Assembly (NCBI GenBank): GCA_905178155.1
Contig: CAJINV010000002.1
Span: 10,648,709-10,712,708, forward strand
DNA length: 64,000 nt
Direction of reading: 5' to 3'
DNA from: Amoebophrya sp. A120
Lineage: Eukaryota > Protista > Dinoflagellata
Part shown: positions 57,801 to 64,000 of the stretch, one piece after another
How positions within the stretch are numbered: the first letter of the stretch is position 1
How the letters are laid out: the number at the start of each line of letters is the position of its first letter
Translations under genes and position numbers: made by a program
The notes under the pieces: model-generated
What the model saw: only the letters and a program-made list of their open reading frames with translations
The model's database searches: none
What the model was told of the DNA's origin: nothing

Positions 57801-59912
57801 CCACCACCCCAGACCCCCCGGATCCCCCCCCCCTCCCCCTAGATCCATTACTTGACCCAGGGGTGTTCAGCCTGTGAGCCTACTTAGCTGCATCCTATTG
57901 TCCTTCTTTGCAGCGGCCTCCTGCGCGGCTTTCCAGTTGTTCTCTAGTGCCAGCGCCTTCGATTTCCGCGGAAAGGCCTGCGGTTCTTTATTCGCGTGCG
58001 AATCCGCCTCGACCGACCGCGGGCACCGCCTGCGCCCGAAAGGAGGGCGCACTTTGTGGCGCCCGGCCGGCGGAAGAGGCGCGAAAAGCGCGCCGCGGTC
58101 CGCAGAGGCCGGAGCTCCGGGGGCCGCATTCCCCCCTAAGTCCCCCCCCCTTTCCGCACGTAGACCCGCACCCTTTCCCAAACTGCACGCGAAAAGAGGG
58201 CCCTTTGACGCCCGCATGCTTTGGGGAAACCACCACAGGTATGTCTCCGCCCGCAGAAGAGCGGTTTAGTTGTGGCCTGCTAGGCTGTACGTCTTACCGT
58301 CCTTCTCCGTTGGGACGATTTTTTCGCGGGTTGGAAACCTACACGGCGGGTCAGAGGAGGCATCCATGCGGCCGGCCATCATCCATCGGATTGAGCTTGG
58401 GATCATTGTGGCGGCGACACTTCTACCTTCCCTTCTGCAAGTACACGGTTGATGGGCTTTTCAGAGCGCCAGTGAAGGCGCCGACTGGGATTGTTTGGTA
58501 TCTTATCCTGTAAACTGCTGTGGAGCAGGGACTGGACTTTTTGGCGCAGTATTCGGAGCCTCGTGCGGGCACGCCGATTGTTTCGGCGTTGCGATTTGCG
58601 AAGTCCGCGCGTTCCATACGCCTGGTTTTGCTCCTCGCGATCAGCGACGCCGCCTGTGGGTCAATCTATCACGTGTCTTGTCCGAGCCTGGGAGCCGATT
58701 CCCCTGAAATCTACGAGAGAGCGGGCGGCATTGCACCCGAAGGTGACTGTTCGTTCACGCTGGAATTATGGGAGCGGTGGAGCAAAAGCATGGAAGGTGA
58801 TGGTGGCGATCCCGCCGGGACATGCTGAGGATTCACCACCGCTTTCGCGTACTAGGGTCTCTGCATTGCTGTCCCGTGCCCGACGGACTTCACTATTCCA
58901 GGCATCATTTTGTCAGCCACAGGAAAAATAAGTATGGCACGTCTTTGCGGTATTGTCTGCATCGAGAGTGTCTAGGCACTCCCGGTGGTGAGTCGTCGAG
59001 TTGCACAATTTAGATTTTGCAAAGCCCAGTAGTCTAGTAAGGCCGACTGGCGTTTAAGTACTTACTTGAAGCTGGCGCAAATGCCTCCGATGATCGACCA
59101 GAAAAATTATTTAGAGCCGTAGTATTTTTCGACGCTGCTGCGTGCGTCTGCCTTGTGCACTGAAATAGGCAGGGTGCTGGTGTTCTTGGAGGCAAGAAGA
59201 TGCAGTAAGCGGTATTGTAGAAGCTGACACATTTCGACCGATAGTTGCCTGCTGTGCCGCATCTGCGACCCGGTGCGTGGTACGTCTTTTCTCCGTGGGT
59301 TGTACTTGTTCACCGGCAAATAAATTCTGTGATGCTGTGCGGCTCTTCCTAGTAATTCTTGTGAGAACGAAGATGATTAAGTAAATTTTCTGCCGTGCTT
59401 CGGTGCCGTAGTTGAGTTTCTGAGTGCGTGAGGTAAAAGAAACTCCGCGAATATTGCCAAGTTTTAAATGTAGAACGACCAGTAAGCCAAGAAAGAATAC
59501 TAGCGCCCTGGTACTATTACAGAGCCGATCCCACCTACCTTTGTATTGCGAAAGAGTCAAGCCATCCGTACAAAGAAGCCACATGGTCGAATGAGTGGTT
59601 GCGTTACCGATTTGCGTTCGCCTACGCGAGCAGCCGAACTCCGGCGCATGCGAACGATCGATCGGCGGGACGAGCAAGCGCAAACCCAGACGGGGGTGTG
59701 AAAGCTCAGGCGGCACCCGTCCCAGGAGGTAGGAACAGGACTTTCAAGACAGAAAGCAGACACAAACTGCGCTGCGGATCGGTTCTCGACGACTTCTGAT
59801 AAGCAGTGAGTACTCGTCCGCTAGAAGATCAACATCTACATCTGACTGCGAAGCAATCCCGGCAGCTTCACCGCTTCCTACTAGTTTTCGGATTCGAAGG
59901 TAAAGGACTGTC

Positions 59913-61788
59913 ATGTCGGAAGAGATCGACCGTCATATTCTGCGGAAGTACGACGTGGTACAGAAGCTGGGCAAGGGCGCCTACGGGATCGTATGGAAGG
60001 CCATCGACAAAAAATCGCGCGACGTGGTAGCGCTGAAAAAGTGCTACGACGCCTTCCAGAATGCCACCGACGCGCAACGAACGTTCCGCGAAATCATGTT
60101 CCTACAAGGTGAGTTGAGTTTCCTCAGAAGCTGCAGTGCTTCGGCCGTGCAACTTTGTTTCTACACTTGTCCCTTTTTCTATAATTACTTGGCTTTCAGC
60201 ACGCTTAATAGTTTCTTGGTTCGAAGTGAGCACGCGTGAACAAAAGTAACTAAAGCTCCACTTTGCAAAACCAGATTTGAGCGGACACGAAAACATCGTG
60301 CACCTGATAAATGTGCTGAAGGCGGACAATGACCGCGATATCTACATCGTAACCGACTACATGGAATCCGACCTCCACGCGGTGATAAGGGCGAACATAC
60401 TCGAGGACATACACAAGCAATACATCATGTAAGAAAGTTTTCTAGTACTACCCGTGCCTGCCAGCGCTTCTGCGGGGTTATGCAGCTTTTTTGCGCTGTC
60501 TGCTTCAATGTTTTGATCCTACAAAATTTTTACAGAAAAAAATTCCAAACGAACTACAGCTACCAGATGTTGAGGTGTTTGAAGTACATGCACACGGGTA
60601 AAATGCTGCACCGGGATATCAAGCCTTCAAACATTCTCTTGAATTCGGATTGCCTTGTGAAGGTAAGAAGCGGTATTTTCAGCAATGTAAGGAAATTGAA
60701 ATTTTTTCAGACGTGGAAGATCATTTTGAAAAAGACCGTTGGTTTCTGCGGCTGCATTTTCAGCAACAAACGATACTTTCCGTGGAAAAACCACTTCCAA
60801 CTTCTGCAGGTCTGCGACTTTGGCCTCGCGCGAACCGCCACGCAAATGTCGCAGGAGAAGGGAGACCCGGCACCGGTTTTGACCGACTACGTCGCGACCC
60901 GATGGTACCGCGCGCCAGAAATTTTGCTAGGCAGCACGTCCTACACCTACGGCGTCGACATATGGGCGGTTGGGTGCATATTAGGCGAGCTTTTGAATGG
61001 AAAGCCAATATTTCCCGGCAGCTCAACCATGAATCAGCTCGATCGGATCTTAGAGGTAATTGTGCAAACTACCCATGCGTTGAAAATTGTAAAAGTGATT
61101 TGCAGCAGCTTCACCGCAAAACTACGCTCAGTGCATGTTTTGATTCTGAAGATCATTCTGCGGTCGGCATCCAAAATGCCAATACTGATGTGCACGCAAG
61201 TGAAGTGCGCGCAAAAAATGATTTACCTGCCTGCCGTTGTCGACGCAAAAGAAAAAAACGTACACAGGTAACCGGGCGACCGTCTGCAGAGGATGTCGCA
61301 GCGTTGCAAAGCCCCTTCGCAGAAACCATGCTGGAAAGTTTGCCGAGCAACCGGCACCGAACACTGGATAACAACCGGTTTAAGGAAATGTTTCCCTCCG
61401 CGTCGAATGAAGCTCTCAGCTTTCTCCGCGAGTGTTTGAAATTCAATCCGCAAAGACGGATCTCTGCGGAGAAGAGCCTGCACCACGCGTATACTCTCGT
61501 AGCATGATGAAAGAGTCTTCTACTGTTTCTTCATGGTTGCTTGATTGTTCTTTTTGCATCGACATCACTTGTTTGCACTTACCTTTTTCATCAATGATGC
61601 ACTACTCCCACAGCTATGTCGCCCAGTTTCACAACCCGGCAGACGAGCCGTCCTGCCCAAAGCCAATCTCAATCCCGCTGGACGATAACACGAAACTTAG
61701 TGTGGCAGACTACCGGGACAAGCTGTACGCAGAGGTGGTGAAGAGAAGAAAAGACGACCGGCGACCTAGCAGCAGTTATGACGGGTAA
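59913..61788 (+). CDS. ERK7: ERK7/MAPK15-type MAP kinase with GT-AG introns; 3' end may extend further
   Basis: MSEEIDRHILRKYDVVQKLGKGAYGIVWKA, DAFQNATDAQRTFREI, HRDIKPSN, DFGLAR, LTDYVATRWYRAPE (TDY loop); introns 60109-60274, 60429-60559, 60663-60809, ~61056-61267, ~61489-61613. Confidence 0.93.
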
Positions 61789-62832
61789 AAGAAAGACTCC
61801 TAAAAATATATATGCCGAGTTGATTTTTCTTTGTCGTGTGCGGCAACTACGTTTTAGTCTTCATAGCGAGAACCTGTGCCGACTGGCCAGGCAGCGCGAG
61901 ACACGATGTATGCATCTGTGTAATCGGTTGTCGAAAAAAACCAAAACAGCAACGGCGGACAGTCGGGCTCGCAGGCACGACCCGGTAGCCAGGCTGCATC
62001 GGGACAGCGAAAATCCGCCGGCGGAAATCCCGGGGACTGGGAAAAAGTCGAGTCTCGATCGCAGCCCGGGCGATTTTACTACGTCAATAAGCGGACGGGT
62101 GCCAAGCAATGGGAAAAACCAGAAGGCGTGGCGTGAGGAGTCGATCTGGCCCGGCTTTATTTTTTTTTCTTTTGAGACAGCACTTTGTTACAATTTTACT
62201 TAAAAATTACTTATTGCGCATTGATGTCAATTTATTACGACGCGCTGCTGTCTTTGCAGCAGCGACGGCAGCAGCCCTCTGCCAAAGGATGTAGAGGCTG
62301 CTGCGCCTCCATCGCAGCTTCTCTTCGCTGTGTTGGATTATCTACCTTTTGTTAAGACATCGTCATTCGAGGAATTTGCTGTGATTTTTTCACAGCAGCT
62401 CGAGTTATGTTTATTGTTTGGTCAGCATATTGGTCCGAGACGAAAAGTGCCTTGTATGTCATTGTGGATTGCATTCTTTGGTGATTAGATTCTTTGTATG
62501 TAGACTTTTGTAACAAAGGTTCTGCTCGACTAGCAGAAAAGCCATTCAACGGCACCTGACGCACCAGCGCGTGAAGGTTTTTTTTGCGAAGATGTCGAAC
62601 GTGTTTTGAGTTCGACAGCCCTAGATTTATTCTGCGTTCGCGTTCGGTGTTGTGTCGACTCGTGCGAGAGGGAGAGTAGTTGCGAATCGCACATTTCATC
62701 TTCAAGCGAGAGAAGCGACTCGCTGAAAGGAGTATTCTAAATGAGCAGGACTTCCTCGGAAATATCCATCTCGCAGTTCTTGTTTAAAAGTGTTTGCTTT
62801 TCGCCCCCTTAGAACACGAAACCGACGAAATT

Positions 62833-63663
62833 ATGCCGCTGCAACTTGCCGTCCCTCCGCAGATTCGGGTTCTGCAACCCGTTCCCCCCGTCGGCGAAAC
62901 CGGTGGGCTGATCGACGGGTCGGCGATTCTGAACAAAAAGGTCCCCTACGGCTGCCCCTGCGCGGGACGTGGCTCCGCGGTTGCGCACAATGCCATTCAA
63001 AACGCGCTCGCAACGGCCACGAAACAGTTTTACCTTACGCGACAGGCTGCCGACGATCTCGCGGCGACGACCAAGGAGAGCGAGATAAGGCAGCTGGCGA
63101 AGCGAGCGGGGGCCTACGGTATAAATCTGTTGCCATATTAGGATCAGACATTCGAGGAGTTATTTTTGCATTGCAGTGGGAATTTGCGTGAAGTTGATTG
63201 TCTTCGAGCACTACACGTTGAAGAAAAGAACTTTAGTCTTCCGTGTTTTTAATCCCTTCGACGCGGTTGCATTTTTCATTCCAAACCGACAGCACACGAT
63301 TTGGAGTTTTTGGGGCGGAGTATGGCAATGGTACTGAAGATGCCGGTTGCGGTGAACCCTCCCTTTCTTCCCTTCGACATGAAAATGGCAAAAACCAGCA
63401 GCGACAAGCAGGTGGACGCCGCCGCGGCGGCTGACGCTGCGCCGGGGGAGGCGAAGGCCGAGGAGGATGCAGAAGTCAAGGCGGCAAGCTTTGGGGAAGC
63501 TGCGGTGGCTGCATGGGCAATAGTATCAAGGTTTGCAGCGAAGTCTGGTGATGAAAATGCACGTAGATTAGACGACGAAAAAGATAAACATCCATTTCAA
63601 AGAAAAAGAAGAAGAAAGCAAAAAAACTTTTTTCTTGCCTCCTGCGATTCTCTCTTTTTGTAA
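62833..63663 (+). CDS. Hypothetical protein, probably two or more exons
   Basis: Protein-like ORFs 62794-63141 and 63301-63663 separated by an AT-rich gap; no family recognised. Confidence 0.4.
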
Positions 63664-64000
63664 AAATCATTTTCAACTTTCTGAGATTGAGAGCATGCTG
63701 CTGAGTTTCTTCGTGTAAAATTTTCAGTCCAACCAGCTCGAGGAATTTGTCGCGAAACGTAGTCCGCAAGAGTAATGAATGAACAAAATTTTTGCGAGTG
63801 TCTCTTTTTAAGTGTAACGCATCTAGATGGAAAAGCAAATGGCAGAAGCAAAAACCGACCGGCGGTACGGGAATGGGAGTTAGCAGCCTCATCTTGTGTC
63901 CGCCGTCTCTGAAATGTCGTTGCAGTGCAGATCTTGAAGCTGCGGGACAGTTCCACTTTCGTTTGCACTACACCGTGACCACGACTCACGGAGCAAGATC

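Noticed and set aside
1-64000. Alternative genetic code; rRNA or tRNA genes; autonomous transposase
   Set aside because: Long ORFs are stop-free under the standard code, and no rRNA/tRNA signature or DDE, tyrosine-recombinase or RT motif was recognised. tRNAscan, Infernal and HMMER were not run.

Overview
Eukaryotic, intron-containing genomic DNA, most consistent with a syndinian/dinoflagellate-lineage alveolate such as Amoebophrya (inferred from gene content, co-oriented genes and intron-like elements; not confirmed by a search). About 20 genes lie on the minus strand from 1 to ~52.1 kb: EF-hand, cold-shock-domain, GNAT, START+MIB/HERC2, EDR2-C/DUF1336, MTG1/RbgA-type GTPase, SPMIP1-like, EGF, TBC and Ser/Thr kinase proteins plus hypotheticals. 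A ~7.8-kb divergent strand-switch region follows, then an ERK7/MAPK15 gene on the plus strand. Two things stand out. First, ten MITE-like elements of four families (171-321 bp) sit inside coding exons. All have TAT...ATA terminal inverted repeats and 5-bp target-site duplications, and none offers GT-AG ends. Removing an element plus one TSD restores the reading frame every time, including through the GTPase G2 motif, so they look like non-canonical introner introns coexisting with ordinary GT-AG introns. They occur in both orientations, mostly in tight pairs, share an internal TGT(C/G)ATGC motif and show a transcription-linked A at the 5' junction. Second, the strand-switch region is a non-coding, hairpin-dense block punctuated by eleven 27-bp palindromic sites (AGTATTG-N13-CAATACT), with a 3x289-bp tandem repeat, nested inverted repeats and an AT-rich island. 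Domain calls come from motif recognition by eye.
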